From contig JBJXGT010000038.1 in NCBI GenBank assembly GCA_046160105.1, positions 6,837 to 70,836 on the forward strand: DNA of 64,000 nt, written 5' to 3'. Origin of the DNA: Gemmatimonadales bacterium (lineage in GTDB: Bacteria; Gemmatimonadota; Gemmatimonadetes; Gemmatimonadales; GWC2-71-9). Below are positions 36,968-47,040 of the stretch, in pieces (the first letter of the stretch is position 1; each line of letters opens with the position of its first letter). The position numbers and the translations under genes were made by a program. The notes under the pieces were generated by a model that worked only from the letters and a program-made list of their open reading frames with translations, did not search any database and was not told the DNA's origin.

Positions 36968-37668
36968 CCGCGGTGACGATGCGAGCCGTGGGGGCGAGTG
37001 CCGTGGTGGCGCTTGCCGTGGCGGCATGTCGGGCCACCACCGCGCGGCCGACCTTCACCCCGTTTCCCGAAGCCGAGCACAGCGAGATCGGCTTCGACCT
37101 CGCCGGAGAAGACGAGACCATTTTCATGGTCACTGACACCGTCGCCGCCCGGCTCCTGGCCGACAGCGTGCCGCTGGCCAAGGTCCGGCGGTTCGACGGA
37201 TTCATCGAGAGCCGGTGGTTCGACGCCACGACCAAACGGCCGATCAGCGGCCGTCCGCTCGGGCCGGACGCGGTCCGGGTCCGAGCCTGGATCGATCCTG
37301 GTAAGCCCAGTTTCGCCAAGGTCGAGATCGAAACAGTTTATATCCCCAAGGCAGATCCGTCGCTGCCCGACCGCGAGCAGGAAGTTCCGGTGCCGGTCGT
37401 CCACCCGGTCAACCGGAAGATGGGCGAACTGCTCAAGGCCCTGGCCGCGACCTACGGCGTGCCCGAAGATGAGAAGGGCCCCGCCGCGGTCGCGCCGGCC
37501 GCGACCCCCGGCGCTCGGCGGCCGGGCGACACCACCCAGGCTGGCCGTGACCCGACGGTCCGGCCGGCGACGCCAGTCCAGCCCACTCCGCGGCCGGTGC
37601 CACCGGCACCGCCCCCGCCGCCACCTCCACCTCCCCCGCCGCCGCCCGCCAGCCCGGGGCGCGCCTAA
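36964..37668 (+). CDS. lipoprotein with C-terminal polyproline tail
   Basis: ATGA overlap with the upstream gene. Lipobox in VVALAVAAC. The C-terminus contains 13 consecutive Pro codons. Confidence 0.6.
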   Translation: MTAVTMRAVGASAVVALAVAACRATTARPTFTPFPEAEHSEIGFDLAGEDETIFMVTDTVAARLLADSVPLAKVRRFDGFIESRWFDATTKRPISGRPLGPDAVRVRAWIDPGKPSFAKVEIETVYIPKADPSLPDREQEVPVPVVHPVNRKMGELLKALAATYGVPEDEKGPAAVAPAATPGARRPGDTTQAGRDPTVRPATPVQPTPRPVPPAPPPPPPPPPPPPPASPGRA

Positions 37669-37674
37669 CGTTCG

Positions 37675-39321
37675 ATGGCGGGCCCCCGATTCGCCGGCAT
37701 CTGGCGGGAGGATGATCGCGCCCGGGCCGCCTACTCCGAAGGGGCCGGGATCTATCGCATCGTGCCCCGCGCCGTCGCGATTCCCTCGACGACGCGAGCG
37801 CTGGTCGACATCGTGCGTTGGGCCGGGGCCGAGGGCGTGCCCCTGGTGCCGCGCGGTTCCGGCAGCGGCATGCCGGGCGGCAACGTCGGCGACGGCGTCC
37901 TCGTCGATCTGACCGTGCTCGACGGCGCGCCGCTGGCGGTCAACGCCACCGCCTTCGAGGCGACCACCGGTACCGCGACCCGGCTCGGTTCGCTCGACGC
38001 CGAGGCTGGGCGATTCGGCCTGCGGATGCCGGTGGATCCATCGAGCGCCCGCTTCGCGACGGTGGGCGGCGCGGTGTCCACCAACGCCGCCGGCAGTCGG
38101 ACCGTTCGCTACGGGCCGGTCCGTCGCTGGGTCACCGGGCTCTCGCTGGTCACCGCCGGGGGACGGCTGGTGCGGCTCGAGCGGGGCCAACCGGCTAGCG
38201 ATCCCACGCTCGCCGCCATCGAGGAAGAGATCGGCACGACCCTCCGACTCGCCAAATGGCGGGTGGCGACGGGCTACCCCAGAGTGCGGAAGAACACCGC
38301 TGGGTACGCCCTCGATGCCTACCTCGAGTCCGGTGACCTCCTCGACCTGATCATCGGCGCCGAGGGCACCCTCGGATTCGTAACCGACGTGTCGTGGCGC
38401 CTGGAACCGATCCCTCCGTATCGGGCCGGGGTCCGGGCGGGGCTGCGCGATCTCAAGCGGCTGACCCATTGCCTGCCCGCGCTGCTCGAGCTCGCCCCCA
38501 GCCGGCTCGAGTTTCTCGATGCCAGCTTCCTTCGCTTCGTCGAGGAGGCGGTGCGGGCCCTGCCGCGGGGCGATCGGCTGGTGGGTGGAGCGGTCCTGCT
38601 GATGCTCGAACTCGAGGGTCCCGACCCCGCGGCGGTGGACCGCGACCTCGAGCGGGCGGTCGGTATCCTCCGGTCCGAGAGCATCGACGTCGAAGTCGGT
38701 CGCGACGGTCCCGAGATCGACACCCTCTGGGCGATCCGTCACGCCGCGAGCCCCAAGCTCGCTTCCCTGGGTAATACGATGCGCTCCCTCCAGGTCATCG
38801 AGGACGCCTGCGTTCCAGTGCTCCGGCTCGGCGAGTATCTCCTCGCGGTTCAGGCGATCGCCGGCCAACGGGGCGTGCCGGTGGTGATGTTCGGCCACGC
38901 GGGCGACGGCAACGTCCACGCGAATCTCCTCGCCAACGTGACCGAGCCGGGCTGGGAAGGCCGGGTCAAGGCGATCTTCGACGACGTGAGCCAGCTGGTA
39001 GTCGCGATGGGGGCCTCGCCGAGCGGGGAGCACGGGGACGGCCGGCTCCGGGCCGGGTTGGTCGATCGGGTCTACGGAGCGGAGGTCGGCCAGCTGCTCC
39101 GGGTCGTCAAGCGAGCCTTCGATCCGAACGGGATCATGAACCCCGGCATCAAGCTCGGCGACGGCGAGCCGATCAGCCGGCTCAAGGTCGGCGCCCAGGC
39201 CGCGCCGATCGATCCGGAGATCGCCGCCGGCCTCCGCCGGATCGAACGCGACGCCGGATACTCGACCGGTCGGCTCCAGCTGGCCGACGATCCCGGGACC
39301 ATCTCGGTCCAGACCGATTAG
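37675..39321 (+). CDS. FAD-linked oxidase (GlcD/D-lactate dehydrogenase-like)
   Basis: FAD_binding_4-type [23 protein letters not shown]-terminal GEHGDGRLR block. Confidence 0.85.
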   Translation: MAGPRFAGIWREDDRARAAYSEGAGIYRIVPRAVAIPSTTRALVDIVRWAGAEGVPLVPRGSGSGMPGGNVGDGVLVDLTVLDGAPLAVNATAFEATTGTATRLGSLDAEAGRFGLRMPVDPSSARFATVGGAVSTNAAGSRTVRYGPVRRWVTGLSLVTAGGRLVRLERGQPASDPTLAAIEEEIGTTLRLAKWRVATGYPRVRKNTAGYALDAYLESGDLLDLIIGAEGTLGFVTDVSWRLEPIPPYRAGVRAGLRDLKRLTHCLPALLELAPSRLEFLDASFLRFVEEAVRALPRGDRLVGGAVLLMLELEGPDPAAVDRDLERAVGILRSESIDVEVGRDGPEIDTLWAIRHAASPKLASLGNTMRSLQVIEDACVPVLRLGEYLLAVQAIAGQRGVPVVMFGHAGDGNVHANLLANVTEPGWEGRVKAIFDDVSQLVVAMGASPSGEHGDGRLRAGLVDRVYGAEVGQLLRVVKRAFDPNGIMNPGIKLGDGEPISRLKVGAQAAPIDPEIAAGLRRIERDAGYSTGRLQLADDPGTISVQTD

Positions 39322-39331
39322 CTTATTCGGC

Positions 39332-40126
39332 GTGCGACAGTATCACGAGCTCCTCCGCCGTATTCTCGACACCGGCCAGCCCAAAGAGGACCGGACCGGC
39401 ACCGGCACGCTCAGCGTCTTCGGTCACCAGATGCGGTTCGACCTGAGCGAGGGTTTTCCCCTCCTGACCACCAAGAAGGTCCACACCAAGTCGATCATCC
39501 ACGAGCTGCTCTGGTTCCTCCGAGGCGAGACCAATGTCGGCTTCCTGCGGGAACGGGGCGTGTCGATCTGGGATGAGTGGGCCGACGGGGAAGGGAACCT
39601 GGGACCTATATATGGGTATCAGTGGCGGTCCTGGCCGCTGCCCGGGGGCGGGTCGGTCGACCAGATCGCCGAGGTGGTCCGGCAGATTCGTGAGACGCCC
39701 CATTCCCGGCGCCTGATCGTGAGCGCCTGGAACGTGGCCGACGTTCCCAAGATGGCCCTCGCCCCCTGTCACGTCCTGTTCCAGTTCTACGTGGCCGGCG
39801 GGAAGCTCTCCTGTCAGCTCTATCAGCGGAGCGCCGACGTCTTCCTCGGGGTTCCCTTCAACATCGCGTCCTACGCCTTGCTGACGTTGATGGTGGCCCA
39901 GGTCACCGGGCTTCAACCCGGCGAGTTCATCCACACGTTCGGCGATGCCCATCTCTATACCAACCACCTTGAGCAGGCCCGCCTCCAGCTCAGCCGCGAG
40001 TTCCGACCGCTTCCCACCATGCGACTTCGAGCCGGGGTCGCCTCGATCTTCGATTTCGAGTACGAGGACTTCATCCTCGAAGGCTACGCCCCCCATCCCC
40101 ACATTCGGGCCCCGGTGGCGGTGTGA
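39332..40126 (+). CDS. thyA: thymidylate synthase
   Basis: MRQYHELL...[12 protein letters not shown] and the catalytic [12 protein letters not shown]. 264 aa. Confidence 0.97.
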   Translation: MRQYHELLRRILDTGQPKEDRTGTGTLSVFGHQMRFDLSEGFPLLTTKKVHTKSIIHELLWFLRGETNVGFLRERGVSIWDEWADGEGNLGPIYGYQWRSWPLPGGGSVDQIAEVVRQIRETPHSRRLIVSAWNVADVPKMALAPCHVLFQFYVAGGKLSCQLYQRSADVFLGVPFNIASYALLTLMVAQVTGLQPGEFIHTFGDAHLYTNHLEQARLQLSREFRPLPTMRLRAGVASIFDFEYEDFILEGYAPHPHIRAPVAV

Positions 40127-40611
40127 TCGTCTCGCTGGTGGTGGCGATGGCGGAGAACGGGGTGATTGGCGCCAACGGCCGGCTTCCCTGGCACCTTCCC
40201 GATGAGATCAAGCACTTCAAGCGGCTCACGGTCGACCACACCGTCATCATGGGGCGGAAGACCTACGACGAGGTCGGCCGACCGCTGCCCAACCGGCGCA
40301 ACGTGGTGATCTCCCGGAACCCAGCCTTTCGTCCGCCCGGTGTGACCGTGGTGCCGAACCTGGACGAGGCCCTCGCCCTCGGAGCGACCGAGACGGAGGT
40401 CTTCGTGATCGGCGGGGCCGAGATCTACCGACTGGCGCTGCCCCGCGCGGATCGCCTCTACCTCACCGTGGTGCACGCCACCTTCGAGGGGGACGTGGTC
40501 TTCCCGCCGTTCGACCAGGCCGCGTGGGTCCTCGAGGACGAGACCTTCCACCCCGCCGACGAGCGGCATTCTGCAAGCTTCACCATCCGCCGCTACGTTC
40601 GCCTTCGCTGA
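40123..40611 (+). CDS. folA: dihydrofolate reductase
   Basis: GTGA overlap with thy[24 protein letters not shown]. 162 aa. Confidence 0.95.
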   Translation: MIVSLVVAMAENGVIGANGRLPWHLPDEIKHFKRLTVDHTVIMGRKTYDEVGRPLPNRRNVVISRNPAFRPPGVTVVPNLDEALALGATETEVFVIGGAEIYRLALPRADRLYLTVVHATFEGDVVFPPFDQAAWVLEDETFHPADERHSASFTIRRYVRLR

Positions 40612-41721
40612 TCAGGGTCGTAGTCGAAGCGGTGCCGCGGCCGTCACCCTTGCAGTTTGCCAGTCTTCCCCGAGCAGTCGGGCGATGGTCGCCGCGAACT
40701 GACTTTGGGTTCCGCTCTGCCGTCGAAGCGCCTCGGTTGGCGTGATCGACGGTCCCATCACCGCCATCCAAATCCGGTCCGCGGGCGCCATATCTTCGCC
40801 GTGATCGGTCCAGTCGCGGCTGGTCGGCCCACGGCCGTGGTCGGTCGAGATGATCAGGTGAGTCCGCCCGCGATAGCCCGGGAGCGACTGGGCTCTGGTC
40901 CACAGTCGCTCGATGAATCGATCGGCGCGATGGGTCGCGTCCAGGTAGAGATCGTAGCGGCGCTGGTGGGCCCATTCGTCGGTTTCCCCCAGGAGAACCA
41001 CCAGGACCCGGGGCTGTCGCACGGCGAGCGCCTCGAGGGCCGCGGCCATGGTCGGCGCGTCGAGCCGCGCGCTCGGCCACAGCACCGGCAGCCACTCCGC
41101 CATCTCGTTGAGCGCCCGCTCCACCGGACGGCGCGCGGTAGGGAAGGGCGGGCCGTCGCCGTTGACCGGGAGTCGACTCCGCTCGGTATTGATGATGAAA
41201 GGGAACACGTCCCACGAGCCGTAGACCTCGACCTGCCCTCGGTAGCGCGGCCGGGTGGCGAGCCACTCGAGCACCGTCACGTTGGGGTTGGGGACCTTCG
41301 CGTTGCTGTCGATCCGATCGTCCGCTTCCCCGACGAACAGCTCGTTGTAGCCCGGGTACGAGAACCGCCGGCCGTTGGTGACCCGGAACACGCTCCCCTC
41401 GGTGGAGTCCCCGAGCAGCATCCCCGACTCGGCCACCCGCCCCACCAGAAACGGCATCAGGGCTCGCCGCCGCTCGGCTTCATCCGGGCGCCAGAACCGT
41501 CGGAGGGTCGCGGTGGTGTCGGCGACGCCGCCATCCGGACTGGTGATCACCGCGCGATCCGCGCCGCCGAAGATCTCCTGCCAGCGCATTCCATCGAGGG
41601 TCACCACGATCACGCGATCGCTGGATTGGGCGCTCGCGATGGTCGTCGCGCCCGCCAGCATCGCTCCGATGATGGACGCGAAGAGGGCGTGTGGGCTCCG
41701 ATTGTGGCGTTTTGCACTCAT
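40612..41721 (-). CDS. alkaline-phosphatase-superfamily (phosphodiesterase-like) secreted protein
   Basis: Signal peptide. Metal-site-like VVTLDGMRW and ISTDHGRG. Its stop codon abuts the folA stop. Confidence 0.6.
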   Translation of the reverse strand: MSAKRHNRSPHALFASIIGAMLAGATTIASAQSSDRVIVVTLDGMRWQEIFGGADRAVITSPDGGVADTTATLRRFWRPDEAERRRALMPFLVGRVAESGMLLGDSTEGSVFRVTNGRRFSYPGYNELFVGEADDRIDSNAKVPNPNVTVLEWLATRPRYRGQVEVYGSWDVFPFIINTERSRLPVNGDGPPFPTARRPVERALNEMAEWLPVLWPSARLDAPTMAAALEALAVRQPRVLVVLLGETDEWAHQRRYDLYLDATHRADRFIERLWTRAQSLPGYRGRTHLIISTDHGRGPTSRDWTDHGEDMAPADRIWMAVMGPSITPTEALRRQSGTQSQFAATIARLLGEDWQTARVTAAAPLRLRP

Positions 41722-41883
41722 CGATCACCTCGTTGATGGCGTTCTCGCGCGATTTTGGCCCGACTTTTGTCAGCAAATGTATTGTGCGATCATCACGAGC
41801 TTCTTAGTTTAGTAGTGCGTAGTCGTTCGGAACACCACGAAGAGTAGTTGCGGGGCCTGATTGACCCTTTGCAAGGAGATCTT

Positions 41884-42999
41884 TTGGCGGTCCGAATAGG
41901 GTTCGCGTTCAATCTCAAGCCTAGTCACCTGAGTTCCTCCTCGAGCTCCGACGCCTCGGCGCCGGCCGCTTCGATCGACCCCAAGAGTGCCGCGCGGGCG
42001 CTCCGCTCCGATCTCCCTCAGCCCGATCTCTACGCCGAGTGGGACGAGCCGGAGACCATCGACGCCGTGGAGAAGGCGCTCTCCGGGCTCGGGAAGGTGA
42101 TCCGGCTCGACGCCGACGCCGAGTTTCCCCGACGGGTCTTGGCGGCTCGGCCCGACTTCGTCTTCAACATCGCCGAGGGGCTCTACGGGGTGAACCGGGA
42201 GGCACACGTCCCGGCGATCTGTGAGTTCCTCGGGATCCCCTACCACGCGTCCGATCCGCTCACCTTGAGCCTGTCCCTCCACAAGGGCCGGACCAAGGAG
42301 ATCCTCGCGTATCACGGAGTGCCGACGGCGCCGTTCATCGTGGCCAACTCCCGCGCCGACGCCCGGAACGTGAACCTGCCGTTCCCGCTCTTCGCGAAGC
42401 CGGCCCTCGAGGGGTCGAGCAAAGGGATCACCACCCGGAGCCTCTGCGCCAACCGGGCCAAGCTGGTGTCGGTGGTGGGTGACCTGCTCGACGTCTATCA
42501 GGAGCCGGTCCTGATCGAGACCTACCTGCCGGGGCAGGAGTTCACGGTCGCGATCATGGGTAACGGCCGCGAGGCCCGCTGCCTCCCGATCGTCGGGATG
42601 AAGTTCGACGAGTTGCCGCTCAACGCCCCGCCGATCTACGGCTACGAGGCGAAGTGGCTCTGGGATACCCCCGAACGGCCGCTCGAGCTGTTCGAGTGCC
42701 CGGCCCGGATCGACAAGGAGCTCGCCCGCGAGATCCGCAGCGTGGCGCTGGCATCCTATCGGGTCCTGGGCTGCCGCGATTGGTCGCGGGTCGACGTCCG
42801 TTGCGACGCCTCGGGCCGTCCCATGGTGGTCGAGGTCAATCCGCTGCCGGGGATCCTTCCCAACCCGAAGGACAACTCCTGCTTCCCCAAGGCGGCTCGG
42901 GCCGCCGGGATGAACTACGACACGTTAATCCAGACCGTCGCGGATATCGCCTGGCGGCGGATCAGCGGCAAATCCCTCCTCGCCAAGGCGGCCGCTTGA
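41884..42999 (+). CDS. D-alanine--D-alanine ligase-family ATP-grasp protein (paralog 1)
   Basis: TTG 41884 lies 5 nt after AAGGAG. NIAEGLYG, FAKPALEGSSKGI, ETYLPGQEF and VEVNPLPG are Ddl-like blocks. Ser-rich insert near the N-terminus. Confidence 0.8.
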   Translation: MAVRIGFAFNLKPSHLSSSSSSDASAPAASIDPKSAARALRSDLPQPDLYAEWDEPETIDAVEKALSGLGKVIRLDADAEFPRRVLAARPDFVFNIAEGLYGVNREAHVPAICEFLGIPYHASDPLTLSLSLHKGRTKEILAYHGVPTAPFIVANSRADARNVNLPFPLFAKPALEGSSKGITTRSLCANRAKLVSVVGDLLDVYQEPVLIETYLPGQEFTVAIMGNGREARCLPIVGMKFDELPLNAPPIYGYEAKWLWDTPERPLELFECPARIDKELAREIRSVALASYRVLGCRDWSRVDVRCDASGRPMVVEVNPLPGILPNPKDNSCFPKAARAAGMNYDTLIQTVADIAWRRISGKSLLAKAAA

Positions 43000-44003
43000 A
43001 GGTTGGCCTCGTCTATGACGCGGGCAGCGGTGACTGGGACCCGAAGGACGTAAAGGCGGTTCTCCAGAACGCCAAGAGCGTCGAGAAGTCGCTGCGCCGG
43101 GGTGGGCATCAGACCGTGCTCATCCCGGTTCGGCTTGGCGACGTCCAGTGGCTCGCCAAGGTCCAGCGCTGTGAGGTGATCTTCAACCTCTGCGAGGGGG
43201 TCAACGGGATCGCCCGCTACGAGGACTACGCGGTCGCGGCGCTCGACCTGACCCGGGTCCCGTTCACCGGCTGCGGCTCGTGGACCGTGACCATCGCCCA
43301 CCGGAAGCACATCGCCAACACTCTGCTGGCAGCCCACGGGGTGCCGGTGCCGCCGTTCGCGTTGGTCGACCGCGGCAGCTTGCCCACCGGCCTCAAGTTC
43401 CCGGTCATCGTCAAGCCGTCTGGGGAAGACGCCAGCGTCGGGATCGACGCGGGCGCGGTCTGCACCACCAAGAAGGCCCTGAAAGAGCGGCTCGCCAAAG
43501 TCGCCGGGATGTGGGAAGACACTCTGGTGCAGGAGTACGTGCCGGGGCGCGAGATCAACGTCGGGTTCGTCGGCGCGGAGATACTGCCGATGTCCGAGAT
43601 CGACTTCCAGAATATGCCCGACGGGAGCTGGCCGATCGTCACCTACTCCGCCAAGTGGGACACCGGCAGCCCCGAAGACCTCGGCACCATCCCGAAGGTG
43701 CCGGCACCACTGGCGCCCGAGCTCGCCAAGCGGGTTGCCGCCGTGGCCCAGGCCGCCTGGCGATTGATCGGCCAGGAGAAGGGCTATGGGCGGGTCGACA
43801 TCCGGATCGCGCCGGACGGCCAACCCTTCGTGCTCGAGGTCAATCCGAACCCGGACATCTCCGATGACGCCGGGCTGAGCCGGATGGCGGCCGCCCGCGG
43901 GTGGAACTACGACACCTTGATCCTCAAGGTGCTCGAGGAGGCGGTGGCTCGGGGCGATCGCCGGCGGGTGGCCGAAGCCCAGTACCTCAAGCAGCCGGTG
44001 TGA
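42996..44003 (+). CDS. D-alanine--D-alanine ligase-family ATP-grasp protein (paralog 2)
   Basis: TTG 42996 overlaps the upstream stop (TTGA). NLCEGVNG, VKPSGEDASVGI, QEYVPGREI and LEVNPNPD parallel paralog 1. Confidence 0.8.
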   Translation: MKVGLVYDAGSGDWDPKDVKAVLQNAKSVEKSLRRGGHQTVLIPVRLGDVQWLAKVQRCEVIFNLCEGVNGIARYEDYAVAALDLTRVPFTGCGSWTVTIAHRKHIANTLLAAHGVPVPPFALVDRGSLPTGLKFPVIVKPSGEDASVGIDAGAVCTTKKALKERLAKVAGMWEDTLVQEYVPGREINVGFVGAEILPMSEIDFQNMPDGSWPIVTYSAKWDTGSPEDLGTIPKVPAPLAPELAKRVAAVAQAAWRLIGQEKGYGRVDIRIAPDGQPFVLEVNPNPDISDDAGLSRMAAARGWNYDTLILKVLEEAVARGDRRRVAEAQYLKQPV

Positions 44004-44500
44004 GCGCCACGGCGGCCCCACCGACCGTTCGCCTCCTCGAACCGCGGGACCGCCTTCGAGTCGAGGCGATGACCCGGTCGGTGGGGCTGTTCTGGGACTG
44101 GGAACTGCCGATCGCGCTGGAGGTGTTCGACGACGCCGTCGGCACCAACGCCAGTCGGACGGTGGATCCTGACTACGAGACGGCCGGGGTCGACCTCGAT
44201 GGGCAGTTGGCGGGGTGGGCCGTGTGGGGCCCACGCCCCAGCGAGCCGGCGACCTTCGATCTCTACTGGATCGTGGTCGATGCCGCGGCACAGGGCCGGG
44301 GCATCGGTGGGCGGCTGCTGGCGGAGATGGAACGGCGGATCGCCGGGCGAGCCAGCCGAGTGATCGTCGAGACGTCGGGCCGGGCCGACTACCAGCCCAC
44401 CCGCCGGTTCTACGAGGCGCGCGGCTATCGGCGGATCGGCACGGTGCCAGACCACTACGCGCCCGGCGACGACCAGGTGGTCTACGAGATGCGGTACTGA
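44000..44500 (+). CDS. GNAT family N-acetyltransferase (166 aa)
   Basis: GTG 44000 overlaps the upstream stop (GTGA). Acetyl-CoA motif QGRGIGGRLL and C-terminal FYEARGY. Confidence 0.8.
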   Translation: MSATAAPPTVRLLEPRDRLRVEAMTRSVGLFWDWELPIALEVFDDAVGTNASRTVDPDYETAGVDLDGQLAGWAVWGPRPSEPATFDLYWIVVDAAAQGRGIGGRLLAEMERRIAGRASRVIVETSGRADYQPTRRFYEARGYRRIGTVPDHYAPGDDQVVYEMRY

Positions 44501-44517
44501 AGGCTTGGGGGAAACCA

Positions 44518-45675
44518 ATGTCCACGTGGCAGGAGCTGTTGAAGGAGCGGTCGATCGCCAGCCTGGAGAACCTGGCCATTCGGTTCGGGGACGAGCACGT
44601 CCCCCAGATCGAACGGCTCCGCCAGGCAGTCGACAACTTCGAGTTCCGGATTTCGCCGGCGATGGTCGATCTGATCAAGGAACCGGGCGACCCGATCTGG
44701 CGGCAATACGTCCCGACCCTGGCCGAGCTGGACGTCCAGGACGGCGTCGTCGATTCACTCAACGAGGACGGCGACAGCCCGGTCCCCAACATCACCCATC
44801 GGTATCCGGATCGGGCCCTGTTCCTGGTTTCGCCGGTCTGCGCCAGCTATTGCCGGTTCTGCACTCGGCGGCGGAAGGTGGGCGATCCCGAGAAGATCCC
44901 CCTGTCGCAGTTCGAGTCGGCCTTCCAGTACCTCGAGCAGCACACCGAGATCCGCGACGTGATCATGTCGGGCGGCGACCCGCTGATGTTGTCAGACCGG
45001 CGGCTCGACGCCGTCCTGACTCGCCTCCGGTCGATCCCCCACATCGAGATCGTCCGGATCGGCAGCCGGATCCCTTGTCACTTGCCCGAGCGGATCACCC
45101 CGGAGCTGTGCGACACGCTCCGGAAGTTCCACCCGCTCTTCATCAACACCCATTTCAACCACCCCGACGAGCTTACCCCCGCGGCGGTCCGGGCCCTCGG
45201 TATGTTGGCCGACGCCGGGATCCCGTTGGGCTGTCAGACGGTGCTCCTCCGCGGCATCAACGACACGCCCGAGGTAATGGTGCGGCTGATGCAGAGGCTG
45301 CTGATGGCCCGGGTCCGGCCCTACTACATCTATATGGCCGACCAGGTGGCCGGCGGCGAGCACTTCCGGACCTCGGTGGAGACCGGGCTCAAGATCATGA
45401 AGGCCTTGCGAGGCTGGACCAGCGGGTTGGCCAGTCCGCACTTCGTGATCGACGCGCCGGGCGGGGGCGGGAAGATTCCGTTGCTGCCGAACTACGTCGA
45501 GTCCTGGGGTGAGGACGAAGTGGTGCTCCGGAACTTTCGGGGGGACCGGTACTCTTACAAGCAGCCAGAAGACGGGGCGGTGCCGGCGCGGCGGACGGAC
45601 CCGGAGTATCTGTTCAATCCGGGGTTCGACCTGCCCGTCAAGCGGCCGGTGGGACGGAAGCGGAAGACGGCGTAG
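44518..45675 (+). CDS. KamA-family radical SAM aminomutase (lysine 2,3-aminomutase-like)
   Basis: ATG 44518. CASYCRFCTRR (CxxxCxxC), SGGDPLML, and PYYIYMADQVAGGEHFR, which is typical of KamA/AblA/EpmB relatives. Confidence 0.88.
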   Translation: MSTWQELLKERSIASLENLAIRFGDEHVPQIERLRQAVDNFEFRISPAMVDLIKEPGDPIWRQYVPTLAELDVQDGVVDSLNEDGDSPVPNITHRYPDRALFLVSPVCASYCRFCTRRRKVGDPEKIPLSQFESAFQYLEQHTEIRDVIMSGGDPLMLSDRRLDAVLTRLRSIPHIEIVRIGSRIPCHLPERITPELCDTLRKFHPLFINTHFNHPDELTPAAVRALGMLADAGIPLGCQTVLLRGINDTPEVMVRLMQRLLMARVRPYYIYMADQVAGGEHFRTSVETGLKIMKALRGWTSGLASPHFVIDAPGGGGKIPLLPNYVESWGEDEVVLRNFRGDRYSYKQPEDGAVPARRTDPEYLFNPGFDLPVKRPVGRKRKTA

Positions 45676-45756
45676 GCCGGGGTCTCGTCGGTTGGTCCGC
45701 CGGAGCGCAGGTCCGGTCTCGCGTGGCGTCTCGAGCGACGCCAGCGGAGGTGACCC

Positions 45757-46287
45757 GTGGCATTGGTGGTCTTGCTGAGAGGGGTCAACGTTGGCGGGCA
45801 CAAAACCTTCCGACCCGCCTTACTCGCCGGACAGCTGAAGCACCTCGACGCCGTCAACATCGGCGCGGCGGGGACCTTCGTGATCCGGCGGCCCGTCACC
45901 CGGACCCAGCTCCGCGCCGAGTTTGCCCGAAGGCTCCCCTTCACCACTGAGATTGTGATCTGCCAGGGCCGCGAGATCGTTCAGCTGATGTCGGCGGACC
46001 ATTTCGCGGACATCCCCGTGCGACCCGACCTCGTCCGCTTCGTGAGCGTCCTGTCCAGACCCGGCCGCACGGTGCCATCGACGCCGGTGAGCCTTCCCCC
46101 CAGAGGTCGGTGGCTGGTCAAGATCCTCGCGAGGGACAACCGGTTCATCTTCGGCGTGTACCGCCGCCACCTGAAGGTGATCGGCTACCTCGGCACCTTG
46201 GACCGGCTCTTCGGGGCTCCGGTCACCACACGCAACTGGAATACCATCACCGCGATCGCGACGGCGTTGGGCACCGGCGGGACGTGA
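45757..46287 (+). CDS. DUF1697 family protein
   Basis: N-terminal VVLLRGVNVGGHKTF is characteristic of the family. GGAGG upstream of the GTG start. Confidence 0.7.
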   Translation: MALVVLLRGVNVGGHKTFRPALLAGQLKHLDAVNIGAAGTFVIRRPVTRTQLRAEFARRLPFTTEIVICQGREIVQLMSADHFADIPVRPDLVRFVSVLSRPGRTVPSTPVSLPPRGRWLVKILARDNRFIFGVYRRHLKVIGYLGTLDRLFGAPVTTRNWNTITAIATALGTGGT

Positions 46288-46302
46288 ACCCGTCGGCGAG
46301 CC

Positions 46303-47040
46303 CTACTGTCCCTTCTTGGTCATCTCCCCGAACGGGGCTTGCAGGGTTCCGTCGTCGTTGATGTCGATCTCCATCGTCCCCTCTTCTCCGAGCAGGGTGA
46401 TGAAGAGCTTCCCGTCTCCCATCCAGCACTCCCCGCGCTGGTTCTCGCCCATCAGCGAGAGGGTGACCTTCCCCGACCGGAAGGTCATCTGGACCGGCAT
46501 GGCGCCGCCGGCGGCGTAACGGCCCTCGATTTTTCCGGCACAGCTGACCAGACCCGGCCGCGGCGGCTTGCCGGCCTCGGCGACGGCCTTCGGCGGAGCC
46601 TCGCTGACGAACTGCAGCTGCTCCGGTTTCGCCCACCCCATCATGTTCCCCGGCAGTTCCACCTGGTACTCCATTCCCAGACCCTGGATCACCCGGCTGT
46701 CGATCCACTTGCCCTGGTAGTTCACCTTGACCCGGTCGTCGACCTCGTAGATGCCGTTGGCGTGATCGTACGCGGTGGGCTTGCCGCGGCGCCGCAATTC
46801 GGCGGGGTAGCGTTTGAAGACCACCGGCCCGTTGACGACTTGCACCCGGAAGACGTGGCCCTCGGCGCCGACCACGATGGCCATGACCCATCCCTGGCCC
46901 GTTCCCACGGTGACGGTATCGCCCGGCGCGAGGCCGATGCCGTCTTGCGCTTGGGCCAAGGCGGCGCGCGGCCGAGCGGACGTCGCGAGGGCGAGGATTG
47001 CGGCGGTGCCGGCCAGGAGGCCGGTGGGGGAGATCGACAT
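46303..47040 (-). CDS. secreted hypothetical protein
   Basis: Trimmed to ATG 47040 (MSISPTGLLAGTAAILALATSARPRAALAQA). No family recognised. Confidence 0.55.
   Translation of the reverse strand: MSISPTGLLAGTAAILALATSARPRAALAQAQDGIGLAPGDTVTVGTGQGWVMAIVVGAEGHVFRVQVVNGPVVFKRYPAELRRRGKPTAYDHANGIYEVDDRVKVNYQGKWIDSRVIQGLGMEYQVELPGNMMGWAKPEQLQFVSEAPPKAVAEAGKPPRPGLVSCAGKIEGRYAAGGAMPVQMTFRSGKVTLSLMGENQRGECWMGDGKLFITLLGEEGTMEIDINDDGTLQAPFGEMTKKGQ

Noticed and set aside
36760-39033. 757-aa minus-strand ORF
   Set aside because: It is antisense to the lipoprotein and FAD-oxidase genes and is Arg/Gly/Pro-rich. The plus-strand genes carry a clear FAD-binding motif and a lipobox.
41722-41883. Relatively AT-rich divergent spacer upstream of the ATP-grasp cassette, inspected for promoter or operator motifs
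   Set aside because: I found only weak -35/-10-like hexamers (TTGTCA, TTGACC) with no convincing partner elements or inverted repeats, so I cannot support a specific site.
42915-44795. 626-aa minus-strand ORF across the ATP-grasp/GNAT/KamA cassette
   Set aside because: It is antisense to four genes with clear family motifs, and the translation is Arg/Pro/Ser-rich.
44000-45675. Simple AblB/AblA (N-epsilon-acetyl-beta-lysine) assignment for the GNAT plus KamA pair
   Set aside because: The GNAT is only 166 aa, which is shorter than I recall for AblB-type enzymes. The pair is translationally chained to two ATP-grasp ligases that the AblAB pathway does not need. I kept it as an open hypothesis rather than an annotation.
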